Positions 19,165 through 29,420 of a stretch of DNA of 39,911 nucleotides are shown piece after piece; the first letter of the stretch is position 1; each line of letters begins with the position of its first letter. The position numbers were made by a program, and so were the translations under genes. This DNA comes from an uncultured Eubacteriales bacterium. Its GTDB lineage: Bacteria > Bacillota > Clostridia > Lachnospirales > Lachnospiraceae. The notes under the pieces are model-generated. The model searched no databases, had not been told where the DNA came from, and was given only the letters and a program-made list of their open reading frames with translations. The stretch is taken from the NCBI GenBank assembly GCA_949297565.1, contig CASFUI010000088.1, positions 1 through 39,911 of the forward strand. Direction: 5' to 3'.

Positions 19165-21171
19165 TCAGCATATTTCGCTTCCTGAGATAATATCCCTGTC
19201 AACAGTCATGACTGAAAGATTACCCGCATCGTCTCCTGCCGCAAGTATCATTCCCTGAGATTCTACTCCGCAGAGCTTGCACGGCTTAAGATTTGTGATA
19301 ACCGCTACCTTCTTTCCGACCATTTCCTCAGGCTTATAATATGCGGCAATTCCCGATACTATCTGTCTGATCTCATTGCCGACACGAATCTGGGAAACCA
19401 GAAGCTTCTTAGCCTTCTTTACGGGCTCGCACTTTAATACCTCTCCCACCTGTATCTGAATTTTATCGAAATCATCAATCGTAATTTCAGGCTTCCTTTC
19501 AACCTCAGGATAAGCTGCCGCATCATCTGCTGCGCGCTGTGCCTCCTGAATTTCCTCTGCCTTCTTTAACACCTCTTCCATATCAAGGCGTGCAAACAAA
19601 ATCTCAGGCTTATCTGTAACCTTTATTCCGCTCTCTCTGAGACCGAACTTGTCCAAATCATCAAAATCTCTTACTTCAGCTTTCGGATTATCAGGATTGA
19701 GCTGCTTAAGAATTCTCTCTGCTGTCTCCGGCATAAACGGTGTAAGCAGGTTTGCTCCGATTGTAATACTCTCGACAAGGTTATAGAGCACCTCGCTTAA
19801 GCGCTCCTTTTTTGACTCGTCCTTAGCGAGAGCCCACGGCATTGTCTCGTCTATATACTTGTTGCAGCGCTTAAACAATGCAAATATCTCGGTTATCGCA
19901 TCGGCAACATGAAGCGTTTTCATCTTCTCCTCAACCCTTGCCCTTGTTCCCGTCACAACCGATTTTAAATCAGCGTCAAAATCAAGGCTGGCACCAGTTT
20001 CGTCCTCTCCCGCACCTGTCGTGTCAGCACCGGTCTTTACAACGCTGCCGTCAAAATATTTATCAGACATCGCAATAGTTCTGTTCACAAGATTGCCGAG
20101 AGTATTCGCGAGTTCCGAATTGAGACGCTCAACCAGAAGCTCCCACGAAATCACGCCGTCATTTTCAAAAGGCATCTCATGAAGTACAAAATATCTCACC
20201 GCATCTACGCCGAACAAGTCTACAAGGTCGTCCGCATAGATAACATTTCCCTTAGACTTGCTCATCTTGCCGTCACCCTGCAAAAGCCACGGATGTCCGA
20301 AAATCTGCTTCGGCAGCGGCAGGTCAAGTGCCATAAGTATGATAGGCCAGTAGATTGTATGAAACCTTAAAATATCCTTTCCGATTAAATGAAGGTCAGC
20401 AGGCCAGTATTTCTTAAACATCTCGCTGCTGCCGCCGTCGGCGTCATAGCCGAGTCCTGTAATATAGTTTGTGAGCGCATCTATCCACACATAAATAACA
20501 TGGCGGTCGTCAAAATCCACCGGAATGCCCCACTTAAACGATGATCGCGATACACACAGATCCTGCAGACCCGCTTTGAGGAAGTTATTCATCATCTCAT
20601 TTTTTCTTGACTCCGGCTGAATAAATTCAGGGTGCTTTTCAATGTGCTCGATAAGCTTATTTGTGTATTTGCTCATCTTAAAGAAATATGCCTCTTCCTT
20701 AGCCGGCTGACAAGGTCTGCCGCAGTCAGGACATTTTCCGTCAACGAGCTGTGATGCCGTAAAAAATGACTCACATGGCGTGCAGTACATTCCCTCGTAC
20801 TCCCCCTTGTAAATATCGCCCTTTTCATACAGCTTTCTGAATATTTTCTGCACCTGCTTCTCATGATACTCATCAGTTGTTCTTATAAATTTATCATAAG
20901 AGGTGTTCATCAAATCCCAGATTCTCTTAATCTCACCTGAAACATTATCGACAAATTCTTTAGGGGTAATTCCGGCTTCCTCAGCCTTAAGCTCAATCTT
21001 TTGTCCATGCTCGTCTGTGCCTGTCTGGAAAAACACATCATATCCCTGCTGTCTTTTATATCTTGCAATGCTGTCCGCAAGCACGATCTCATAAGTGTTT
21101 CCGATATGCGGTTTGCCTGACGTGTAGGCAATCGCCGTCGTCATATAAAATGGTCCTTTATTCTGTGGCAT
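19165..21171 (-). CDS. metG: Methionine--tRNA ligase
   Basis: PHIGN, GTDEHG, zinc knuckle CTPC...CPDC, IGKDILRFH, KMSKS, C-terminal tRNA-binding OB domain. ATG at 21171 after GAGGAGG. Confidence 0.97.
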   Translation of the reverse strand: MPQNKGPFYMTTAIAYTSGKPHIGNTYEIVLADSIARYKRQQGYDVFFQTGTDEHGQKIELKAEEAGITPKEFVDNVSGEIKRIWDLMNTSYDKFIRTTDEYHEKQVQKIFRKLYEKGDIYKGEYEGMYCTPCESFFTASQLVDGKCPDCGRPCQPAKEEAYFFKMSKYTNKLIEHIEKHPEFIQPESRKNEMMNNFLKAGLQDLCVSRSSFKWGIPVDFDDRHVIYVWIDALTNYITGLGYDADGGSSEMFKKYWPADLHLIGKDILRFHTIYWPIILMALDLPLPKQIFGHPWLLQGDGKMSKSKGNVIYADDLVDLFGVDAVRYFVLHEMPFENDGVISWELLVERLNSELANTLGNLVNRTIAMSDKYFDGSVVKTGADTTGAGEDETGASLDFDADLKSVVTGTRARVEEKMKTLHVADAITEIFALFKRCNKYIDETMPWALAKDESKKERLSEVLYNLVESITIGANLLTPFMPETAERILKQLNPDNPKAEVRDFDDLDKFGLRESGIKVTDKPEILFARLDMEEVLKKAEEIQEAQRAADDAAAYPEVERKPEITIDDFDKIQIQVGEVLKCEPVKKAKKLLVSQIRVGNEIRQIVSGIAAYYKPEEMVGKKVAVITNLKPCKLCGVESQGMILAAGDDAGNLSVMTVDRDIISGSEIC

Positions 21172-21370
21172 TATACATAGCCTCCTCACTCTTTCCTGAT
21201 TTAATTAAAATATTGTAACAAAAGTAAATTAATATATCAAGAGCAGCATTTTGCACGACTGTTGAAAATATAGTATAATAGCGTGAGCAAAGCGCACAAA
21301 CTAAACTTTATGCCTGCTTGCACCTGACACAATCATGATATGAAAAAAAGTTACAGGAATGGAGGTTAAA

Positions 21371-23140
21371 ATGAAAAATATCACTAAACGCCTGCTGATT
21401 ATTTTACTGTGCCTGTCCCTAAGCGTCTCATCGCTTGCAGGGTGCGGCTGGCAAAAAAATAATTCCGACAGCGGTCAGACTCAGAATTATACATCTGAAG
21501 AAAATACGGCATTTACCGAATTTGCAGACGGCCTTTTTCGCGAGACAGTCAGCTCTGATACTCTGACGCTTCACTCCTATCTTCAGCACCCCGAAAATTA
21601 CGGAATTACTGAGTACACAAAGGGACTTGGCCGTTACAATACCGAAAATCCTGACGATACCTCTGACATAGTAAACTGCCTTACCGCGCTTGGCTCCTTT
21701 GACAGAAGTCAGCTCTCGGCAAGCCAGCAGATAACCTATGACCAACTGAAAAAATACCTTGAGACAGAGCTTGAATACTGTGACTTATATCTCTTTAATA
21801 CAAGTCTGTCAACGACAGTGGGAATCCAGGTACAGCTTCCTATTATATATGCCGAATACGCATTTAACGAGTTAAAAGACATAGACGAATATCTTTCAAT
21901 TATCGAGGACACTGATGAATATTTCGCAAGTCTTATCGACTATGAAACATTGCGCAGCGAAAACGGCTATTTTATGGAAAGCTCTCTCGCCGGGCAAATT
22001 ATCGAGCAATGCCGTACCTTTATTGACAGCGCAAATGACGGCTACCTTATTACTACCTTTGAAGAAAAACTGGACTCATTTTCAGAATTGTCCGAAGAAG
22101 AAAAAAATGCTTATAAAGAACGAAATAAAACGGCTGTAAGCGAGCATGTAATTAAAGGTTACGAAATTCTCGCCGACGGACTTGAAAAGCTTAAAGACAC
22201 AGGAAAATACAGCGGAGGTCTGTGCAATTATCCAAACGGTCAAAAATATTTTGAATATCTGGTTGACAGCGAAATGGGCTGGGATAAAACTATTGAGGAG
22301 TATGACGAACTGCTGGATTCATATATTACAAAAAATCTTCTGACAATCCAGGGACTTATGAGAAAAGACCCGACGATTGCCGACAAATTTGACTCGTTTG
22401 GGTTTTCGCTCACGGAGCCTATGGAAATTCTTTCTGATTTAAAACAGAAAATAGCTGATGATTTTCCTGCCGGTCCTGATGTAAACTACGATGTAAAATA
22501 CATTACGGAAGCGCTGCAGGATTACGCCAGTCCGGCAATGTATTTCACGCCTCAGATTGACAATATCTCAAATAACTCTATCTATATAAATCCGGGAAGC
22601 GGCAGCGGCTCAGACATTTACACAACTCTTGCACATGAGGGTTTTCCGGGACATTTATATCAGATTACCTATTTTGCCGACTCTGATCCGGACTTAATAC
22701 GCTATCTTATTGAGCCGGGCGGATATGTCGAGGGCTGGGCTACCTACTGCGAGGCTCTTTCTTACCAGTATGCCGACACCGGAAACGCCGCCTTAAACTC
22801 AATGATGCAGGCAAATTATGCCGCTATAATGTGCATTTACGGCAAGGTTGACATAGGTGTAAACTATTTCGGCTGGACCGAAAACGATGTTTACAGCTTT
22901 ATCAGCCAGTACGGTTTCACTGACAGAAGCATTGCCTCCCAAATGTATATGCAGATGATTTCAGAGCCCGCCAACTACTGCCAGTACGTTCTCGGCTATG
23001 TAGGTTTTATGGAGCTCAAAAAAGCTGCCTCTGAAAAACTGGGAGACAGCTTTAATCTGAAAAATTTTCACAAATTTATTCTTGATATGGGCCCCGTACA
23101 GTTTGATATTCTGTTTGAGCGCTTAAACCAACTTCAATAA
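21371..23140 (+). CDS. DUF885 family lipoprotein (putative metallopeptidase)
   Basis: Lipobox LAGC, AHEGFPGHLYQ, YVEGWATYCE, FNLKNFHKFIL. ATG at 21371 after GGAGG. Confidence 0.85.
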   Translation: MKNITKRLLIILLCLSLSVSSLAGCGWQKNNSDSGQTQNYTSEENTAFTEFADGLFRETVSSDTLTLHSYLQHPENYGITEYTKGLGRYNTENPDDTSDIVNCLTALGSFDRSQLSASQQITYDQLKKYLETELEYCDLYLFNTSLSTTVGIQVQLPIIYAEYAFNELKDIDEYLSIIEDTDEYFASLIDYETLRSENGYFMESSLAGQIIEQCRTFIDSANDGYLITTFEEKLDSFSELSEEEKNAYKERNKTAVSEHVIKGYEILADGLEKLKDTGKYSGGLCNYPNGQKYFEYLVDSEMGWDKTIEEYDELLDSYITKNLLTIQGLMRKDPTIADKFDSFGFSLTEPMEILSDLKQKIADDFPAGPDVNYDVKYITEALQDYASPAMYFTPQIDNISNNSIYINPGSGSGSDIYTTLAHEGFPGHLYQITYFADSDPDLIRYLIEPGGYVEGWATYCEALSYQYADTGNAALNSMMQANYAAIMCIYGKVDIGVNYFGWTENDVYSFISQYGFTDRSIASQMYMQMISEPANYCQYVLGYVGFMELKKAASEKLGDSFNLKNFHKFILDMGPVQFDILFERLNQLQ

Positions 23141-23160
23141 TTTTGAAAGTTGCAAAACAA

Positions 23161-23226
23161 AAAGCACGGATAAGTCAATATTGCAAATCTCTGTAAAAAT
23201 TTACACTTGACTTAATCCGTGCCTTT
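23161..23226. terminator. Stem-loop between convergent genes
   Basis: GCACGGA-TAAGTCAA / TTGACTTA-A-TCCGTGC arms with a long loop. Confidence 0.45.
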
Positions 23227-23242
23227 AACTTTTTATATTTAA

Positions 23243-24031
23243 TCAGCAAAATCTCACTCCGCAGTATGGACTGCAGCATAAGTTTAAACACAGCAGCGAC
23301 ATGCAGTAGCCTCCCGGATTTATTGTTGTTCTGCCGTACTGCCTGCCCCTTCCGGTATACCACTGTCCTCCGCTTTGAAGCTGCCTGTAAAGCGTCTGAT
23401 ATGCCATATTGTCCGGGTCGAGTTCGACCGCGTGCTTTGCGTGCTCCAATGCCGTGGCGGTATTTCCCGCGCCCGAATTTGCCTTTGCGCTGTAATAATA
23501 CCATCTGCTGTCCCGGTTATCAATTCCGTTTAAAACATTAACAGCCTCCTCGTAAGCTCCGCTGTTAATGTAATTAACCGCCGCCTTCAGATGACGGCTT
23601 GTCTCGTCGTCACCCATATTTTCGGGATTATCCTGACCGTAGCCGCTGTAAGAATATCCCCCGAAGCCAAATGGACCAAACCCCCAGAAACCGCCGAAAT
23701 CACCATATGGGTTTTCACCTGTGCCCTGATTGTCGCCGTCATAGCCATATCCTCGGCCGCTGTTTCCCGCGCTTCTTCCGGCAGAGCCGTAGCCTGAATA
23801 ACCTCCGTAACCGGAATATCCGCCCGCTGAGCTGTATCCCGATTCTTTTTCCTTCATAATCTGGTTATATGCCTGCTGAACAGTCTTAAACATTTCCTCA
23901 GCCTTATCCTTATTAGGATTATTTATGTTAGCGTCAGGATGATATTTACGGCTTAACGTTCTGTATGCTTTTTTAATTTCCTCGTCCGATGCATCTCTTG
24001 ATACACCTAATATCTGATATGGGTCTGCCAC
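23243..24031 (-). CDS. J-domain (DnaJ-like) protein with G/Y/F-rich linker, TPR repeats and Cys-rich tail
   Basis: DPYQILGV...YHPD J domain; [16 protein letters not shown]...AVELDPDN; C-terminus [17 protein letters not shown]. Confidence 0.85.
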   Translation of the reverse strand: MADPYQILGVSRDASDEEIKKAYRTLSRKYHPDANINNPNKDKAEEMFKTVQQAYNQIMKEKESGYSSAGGYSGYGGYSGYGSAGRSAGNSGRGYGYDGDNQGTGENPYGDFGGFWGFGPFGFGGYSYSGYGQDNPENMGDDETSRHLKAAVNYINSGAYEEAVNVLNGIDNRDSRWYYYSAKANSGAGNTATALEHAKHAVELDPDNMAYQTLYRQLQSGGQWYTGRGRQYGRTTINPGGYCMSLLCLNLCCSPYCGVRFC

Positions 24032-24055
24032 CTTAACACTCCTGTATTTAAAATT

Positions 24056-24895
24056 TTATTTGCTCTGATCCTCTTTTTGCCGCCTGTGCTTTGCAATCTC
24101 GTACCTCGTCCACACTCCGGAATAGATTATATTTCTGAGAATTTCCGCATCCTGTATAATCGGCAGTCGCTCGAAATATCTTGCGCACTCCGCCATAACT
24201 CCGTTTAAAATCCCTTCGACAAATTCATCAAAACCGCTGTTTTGAGCATAAACTTTTAGCATATTATAGTTATTTTTCTTAATATCTGTCTGCAAATCAT
24301 CATACGCGTCGAGAATGTAAATGTATTTTCCGAGAAAAAATCCCAGCTTAGAAAGATTTTCCTGCCATTCATCATCGCGCCATGCCGTCACCGCCGACAG
24401 AATTTCACCGAAACACCGCGAAACCTTGTCAATATCGCTGCTGTTATCACTTTCAAGTACGGCAAGCCTGTCGAGCATACCGCGGATTAAATCCGCCTTC
24501 CTGCCGTGCTTTTCTATTATTTTGTCAACTCTTTTGTGATAACTGTCAGCCAGTATTTTTCTTGTAAATTTATGTTCATCCTTCCAGTCGTCGACACACT
24601 TATAATACATCATAAGAATGTTCATATCTGCGACATAATCAGTCACCTCATTATACCGGACAGGATGCTTTGAAGCGGGATGTACAATGCACCTCTCCTC
24701 GGAATACTCTGTCTTTGGCTCATAAAGTCCCGAGAGCAGCATAATCAAAAATGTCATATCATAGCTCAGTGAAATTCTGCCTGAGACACCGTACTTCTCT
24801 CCCAAAATTTTACACAGTCCGCAGTAATATGACCTGTATACATCAAATTCCCTGAATTTAAGCTCGGGCTTATTTACCACAACATATCCGTACAA
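24056..24895 (-). CDS. DUF5685-like protein
   Basis: MYGYVVVNKPELK...YYCGLC...SYDMTFL...LGKYIYILDAYDD. TTG start with GAGGAG RBS. Family name from recall. Confidence 0.75.
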   Translation of the reverse strand: MYGYVVVNKPELKFREFDVYRSYYCGLCKILGEKYGVSGRISLSYDMTFLIMLLSGLYEPKTEYSEERCIVHPASKHPVRYNEVTDYVADMNILMMYYKCVDDWKDEHKFTRKILADSYHKRVDKIIEKHGRKADLIRGMLDRLAVLESDNSSDIDKVSRCFGEILSAVTAWRDDEWQENLSKLGFFLGKYIYILDAYDDLQTDIKKNNYNMLKVYAQNSGFDEFVEGILNGVMAECARYFERLPIIQDAEILRNIIYSGVWTRYEIAKHRRQKEDQSK

Positions 24896-24915
24896 TTCTC
24901 ACTCCTCACAGTCTC

Positions 24916-25013
24916 AAAAAAAAGCCGGATACCGGATGTACCGGACAGGTCATGTCCGTCTCGTCAGATATCCGACTTGCTGTTATAATATAACATGTCG
25001 CTTTGCCAGTCAA
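24916..25013 (-). promoter_or_regulatory. Sigma-A promoter followed by a leader terminator
   Basis: TTGACT-17-TATTAT (25013-24985), then an AAGUCGGAUA/UAUCCGGCUU stem and U8 before the RBS. Confidence 0.55.
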
Positions 25014-25063
25014 TTACAGCAATAAATTTATTATAAAATGTTTATAATTTAATAAATAAGAAA

Positions 25064-25297
25064 TTATTCGTCAGGACTTGTTCCGAACTTATATAACTGA
25101 CTGTAATGGCTAAGCTCATCTTCAAGCCCGGGACCGTTTGTAACCAGACCTGTGCAGTCGCTTGATGAGACCGCGTCTGCCATATCAAGATAATCTTCGT
25201 CAAAGGTATCATCATCGCCAAGCATTTTTCTGCTTATCAGATAATCCTCATCCGTAAAATAACTGTCATCTTTGTCATATTTTCTTCTCGGACGCAT
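25064..25297 (-). CDS. Small acidic hypothetical protein (77 aa)
   Basis: ATG at 25297 after AAAGGAGGA. Asp-rich, with an SSSDCTGL motif. Confidence 0.6.
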   Translation of the reverse strand: MRPRRKYDKDDSYFTDEDYLISRKMLGDDDTFDEDYLDMADAVSSSDCTGLVTNGPGLEDELSHYSQLYKFGTSPDE

Positions 25298-25393
25298 CTT
25301 TATATCCTCCTTTCGCATTTCAGGATATGGTTATTATGCCCGAAAAGACATGGAAAATGCAGAAAACAGCTCCCCATTGCAGTCACCGCATGC

Positions 25394-26740
25394 TCATGCT
25401 TTCACTGCTTTCTTATTATCAATATAAATCTGCTCATAAAAAATTTTATCCGCCTCTATATATGATTTTCTTATTTTTCCGTTATATTTTTTAACTATTT
25501 TAGTGATACTTTTTGTACCGTATCCATGACTGTCCTTTTCCCATTTACTCGTTATACTTGCTCCGTGCTCATCGTAAAGCGGTCTAACACAGCATGAATT
25601 CTGAACGGTAATTACTGTCCTGTGCTCATCCCTTCTGTATTTAACGCTTAAATCAATAAACCTTAAATTTTCAGGCTCTACTTTTGACGCTGCCTCCGCG
25701 GCGTTTTCAACCAGATTGCCGAACAGCGCCGATACTTCATCATAATTTAAAAAATCTACACTCTCATTTCCTATATCAACCTGAAAATTTATCTTATTGT
25801 CCTCACAGTACTGTAAATACTTCTGGAGCACGGAATTAAGCGCTATATTATCGCTGTATCTGACTTTTCTATGAAATTTAGACGCCTCTACAAGACTGTC
25901 GATATATTTTTTTATCTCCGCCGTCTCTCCCTGCTCATTGAGCACTCTGATAGTATTCAGGTGATTTTTAATGTCATGCACTATAATTTTCTGGCTTTCA
26001 TTTCTCTGTGAAAGCTCCCTGTAATAATCAGACTCTGCGATTTGGCTCTTGAATTTAAGTTTCATCTCATAAAAGTCAGCGATAATATATTTTAAATATC
26101 TGTATAAAATAACCATGAGTACGTTTATTGCCAAAAATATAACTGAACAAATAAAAACAATAAACCATGTCTGCTCCGATAATTTTTCTTTTAAAAATAC
26201 AGAAAGAAAAACTATATATGCGAATACGGACATCGCAGGGACAACACACATCAGCAAAACAGCGCTATCAGACCGTTTTTTATATTTTCCTTTTTCCTCA
26301 GAAGCTCCGACTTTATTCTGTGTTTTTACAATAATTTTTACTAAAATATATAATATTAATACGCCGGCGCTAAGTGATATATCTGAGATAAAATACATAT
26401 TTCGTCCTTTAATTATATAAAATATTTCCATCAAAAACGAAAAAGCTGCCGTATGAGACAGACATATTAAAGCTGTCATCAAAACTGCGTGGAAACAAAT
26501 ATCTGCTGAGCTTCCCTTATAAATGAACGCGCAAATCAGTATATTAACCGCCGCAAACACCAAAAGCTGAAAAACAGCCTGTCCATATTTCTGAGCCGTG
26601 AAAAGCATAATGTATGATAATGCGGCTGCCGATGACCCAAATATCTTTCCGTACCTGTACTCAAAAAACATGGAATAATAGTTACATATTGTATATATTT
26701 CGGCTGCACATATAAGAAAATACCAAATATTTATCCCCAC
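25394..26740 (-). CDS. AgrC/VirS-like membrane sensor histidine kinase (GHKL)
   Basis: About 6-7 N-terminal TM helices, H-box HDIKNHL, N-box FGNLVENAAEA, G-box HGYGTKSI. Confidence 0.85.
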   Translation of the reverse strand: MGINIWYFLICAAEIYTICNYYSMFFEYRYGKIFGSSAAALSYIMLFTAQKYGQAVFQLLVFAAVNILICAFIYKGSSADICFHAVLMTALICLSHTAAFSFLMEIFYIIKGRNMYFISDISLSAGVLILYILVKIIVKTQNKVGASEEKGKYKKRSDSAVLLMCVVPAMSVFAYIVFLSVFLKEKLSEQTWFIVFICSVIFLAINVLMVILYRYLKYIIADFYEMKLKFKSQIAESDYYRELSQRNESQKIIVHDIKNHLNTIRVLNEQGETAEIKKYIDSLVEASKFHRKVRYSDNIALNSVLQKYLQYCEDNKINFQVDIGNESVDFLNYDEVSALFGNLVENAAEAASKVEPENLRFIDLSVKYRRDEHRTVITVQNSCCVRPLYDEHGASITSKWEKDSHGYGTKSITKIVKKYNGKIRKSYIEADKIFYEQIYIDNKKAVKA

Positions 26741-26803
26741 AATAAATCCCCCTTATGAAATAAATAACATCTTCCGGTAAATTATACATATCTGATAGAC
26801 GGC

Positions 26804-26856
26804 AAAAAAATAAAAGCCCCACAACCTGGCTCCAATGACCAAATCATAAGACTTTT
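26804..26856 (-). terminator. Terminator downstream of tRNA-Lys
   Basis: 18-bp stem AAAAGUCUUAUGAUUUGG/CCAGGUUGUGGGGCUUUU followed by AUUUUUUU. Confidence 0.65.
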
Positions 26857-26861
26857 GCAAG

Positions 26862-26934
26862 TGCGCCGCCAGGGGTTCGAACCCTGGACACCCTGATTAA
26901 GAGTCAGGTGCTCTACCAACTGAGCTAGCGGCGC
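26862..26934 (-). tRNA. tRNA-Lys(CTT), CCA not encoded
   Basis: GCGCCGCTAGCTCAGTTGGTAGAGCACCTGACTCTTAATCAGGGTGTCCAGGGTTCGAACCCCTGGCGGCGCA forms a cloverleaf with anticodon CTT. Confidence 0.96.
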
Positions 26935-26971
26935 TTATCTGATTTTGTATGCTCTCTCGAACACAAGGGCT

Positions 26972-27000
26972 ATTATATAAGATAATTTTACAAAATGCAA
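26972..27000 (-). promoter_or_regulatory. Sigma-A promoter of tRNA-Lys
   Basis: TTGCAT-17-TATAAT with an AT-rich upstream region. Confidence 0.75.
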
Positions 27001-27247
27001 GTATTTTTTTGTTTTTAATTTAGAACAATTTTATTTTTTATTATTTATTTTTTATGCTTCCCACCGGGTCCGCATATAATTCTTGAAATTTCATCCCAGT
27101 TTCTTTTAATTTTGAAAATTCGTTTATTAATATTCCTGCGGCAGAATAACGAATAAGATAACCGCTGAAGTGATTTCGGAGGACGTCCCATAAAATATCA
27201 GCCCCGCAAATATTCTTATTTCATTATATGCCGCATTTATCTTTCGG

Positions 27248-27892
27248 CTACCCTAATACGGCAGACAATTTACAAATGGGATTTCCCTGAGACGAAAACC
27301 TCTCCTCATACTCAGTCATCACATTACCTGCCGACATTTGCTTATCATTATGCAAATCATATGTGACAGCCTCAAGGCTCCAGCCGTCAGCCTCCTTAAC
27401 CTCCTCCACTGAAAAATCAAACAGCATTCTGTTGTCCGTCTTAAACTCAACGCGCCCGCCATCCTTTAAAATTTTTCCGTACCTCTCAAAAAACTGTCTC
27501 GATGTAAGACGTCTCTTGGCATGTCTGTCCTTCGGCCACGGGTCTGAGAAATTCAAATATATTTTATCAACCTCGCCTTTATTAAAAACCTCGCATATAT
27601 TTTCCGCGTCCATTCTTATAAATCTCAAATTCGGAAGCTGCAATTCATTCTGTTTTTCCACCGCTCTCAGAAGAACACTTGAATACTTTTCTATACCTAC
27701 ATAATTAATGTCAGGATTAATCCCGGCAAGCTCCGTAATAAATCTGCCCTTTCCCATACCGATTTCTATATGGACAGGATTACTGTTGCCGAATATATCA
27801 TGCCATGTGCCATTCATACCCTCAGGCTCAGTATAAACATACTGATTTTCAATCATAACCTCTCTTGCGCCCGGAACATTCCTAAGTCTCAT
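27248..27892 (-). CDS. trmB: tRNA (guanine-N7)-methyltransferase
   Basis: MRLRN, HIEIGMGKG, YLNFSDPWPKDRHAKRRLT, FKTDN, MTEYEERF. Confidence 0.97.
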   Translation of the reverse strand: MRLRNVPGAREVMIENQYVYTEPEGMNGTWHDIFGNSNPVHIEIGMGKGRFITELAGINPDINYVGIEKYSSVLLRAVEKQNELQLPNLRFIRMDAENICEVFNKGEVDKIYLNFSDPWPKDRHAKRRLTSRQFFERYGKILKDGGRVEFKTDNRMLFDFSVEEVKEADGWSLEAVTYDLHNDKQMSAGNVMTEYEERFSSQGNPICKLSAVLG

Positions 27893-28022
27893 AACTCTTC
27901 TCCAGTACTTTTATATTTAAAATCTGCAAATCCAAAATGTCTGTAAATATAAACAGTATTATCTATTATAATAAACTTTTATCATTTGCACAAGCAGTTT
28001 AAAACTATAATGTCATGCAAGG

Positions 28023-29366
28023 TCAAACTTTACTTTTCACGGCGCTTACTGATTTTTTGTAAACAACTGCCGCTATCACAGCCGTGATAAGCTCGGTTAT
28101 CCAGAAAGCGTTCCACACGCTTGATACTCCTGCAAGTCTGCACAAAATAAATGCAGCAGGTATTATAATAAAAATATACCTGAACAGCGATATTTTAAGC
28201 GACTGGGTCCCCTTGCCTATTCCCTCAAGCGCCCCTGATGCCGTCACAGATACAGCGGATACAATAAATCCGGCGCTTATAATTCGAATCGCTGTCCTGC
28301 CAATATCAACAGTCTGCGGATTATCCGTAAATAATCCTATGAGCTGTCCCGCCGCGGCAAGACTTACAGCTGTTCCCAGAGCCATAATAATACAGTTCAT
28401 GCAAAGCGTAATATTAAATATTTTGCTGACTCTCTTATGCTCACCCGCTCCGAAATTATATCCAATCACAGGTCTCATACCCTGAACAATTCCGTTTGCC
28501 GGAAGATAAAGAAATGTCTGCAGTTTATAATAAATTCCCAGGACGACAACATAGCTTTGAGAGTACACCGCCAAAATCGCGTTCAGAAATGAAATAAGCA
28601 GAGACGGCAGAGCAAGATTTAATACTGCGGGAATACCTATTCCGTACAGTTTTAAATCTATTTTTTTATTTAAAGAAACATACTTTTTATCCAATTTTAT
28701 CACAATAGGACGAGTCATATATACAACAAGATAAATTACCAGCGTCACAACCTGACCTATTCCGGTTGCAAGCGCCGCTCCGGCAATACCCATTTCCGGA
28801 AAAAATCCAACTCCGAAAATTAATACCGGGTCTAAAATAATATTAGTTATACTTCCGCAAAGCAGCGCAGCCATTGTCACTTTCATCCTGCCTACCGATT
28901 GAAATATTTTTTCAAACGCCAGTCCCGCCATTATTATAACCGAGAACATAAACGCTATAGTCGAATACTCAACGCCAAGCTCTATCACTGTTTCATCTGA
29001 TGTAAACATCTTAAGAAAAAGCGGCATTACAGCAATACACGCTATTGTCATAATAATCCCGTGTAAAACAGAAAGGATTAAACCGCGCGTTGCTGCAGCA
29101 GCGGCATTATTTTTATCTCCCGCTCCAAGATAAAGCGAAATCAAAGCGCTTATACCCACTCCGAATCCAATGGCAACGGCGTTAATAAAATTCTGAACCG
29201 GATAGACCAGCGACAGCGCAGTCATAGCCTGCTCACTTATCTTTGCCACAAAAAAACTGTCAACAATATTATACAGAGAATTTACAAGCATGGAAATAAC
29301 CATAGGAAGCGCCATTGACGCAAGCAGCGGCAGTATAGGCTTCTCCTTCATAAAAGTATCGTTCAT
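28023..29366 (-). CDS. MATE family efflux transporter
   Basis: ALPMVISMLVNSLYNIVDSFFV, NIILDPVLIFG...GIAGAALAT, GYNFGAG; about 12 TM helices. Start set at the ATG at 29366. Confidence 0.92.
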   Translation of the reverse strand: MNDTFMKEKPILPLLASMALPMVISMLVNSLYNIVDSFFVAKISEQAMTALSLVYPVQNFINAVAIGFGVGISALISLYLGAGDKNNAAAAATRGLILSVLHGIIMTIACIAVMPLFLKMFTSDETVIELGVEYSTIAFMFSVIIMAGLAFEKIFQSVGRMKVTMAALLCGSITNIILDPVLIFGVGFFPEMGIAGAALATGIGQVVTLVIYLVVYMTRPIVIKLDKKYVSLNKKIDLKLYGIGIPAVLNLALPSLLISFLNAILAVYSQSYVVVLGIYYKLQTFLYLPANGIVQGMRPVIGYNFGAGEHKRVSKIFNITLCMNCIIMALGTAVSLAAAGQLIGLFTDNPQTVDIGRTAIRIISAGFIVSAVSVTASGALEGIGKGTQSLKISLFRYIFIIIPAAFILCRLAGVSSVWNAFWITELITAVIAAVVYKKSVSAVKSKV

Positions 29367-29420
29367 ATTTTTCATTCCTTTCTTCTTTTTTATATAATGG
29401 CTGTTCTCACCCACAGAAAC

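Noticed and set aside
26862-26885. tRNA 3' end as the attachment site of an integrated element
   Set aside because: I found no second copy of the tRNA 3' end and no integrase in the window.
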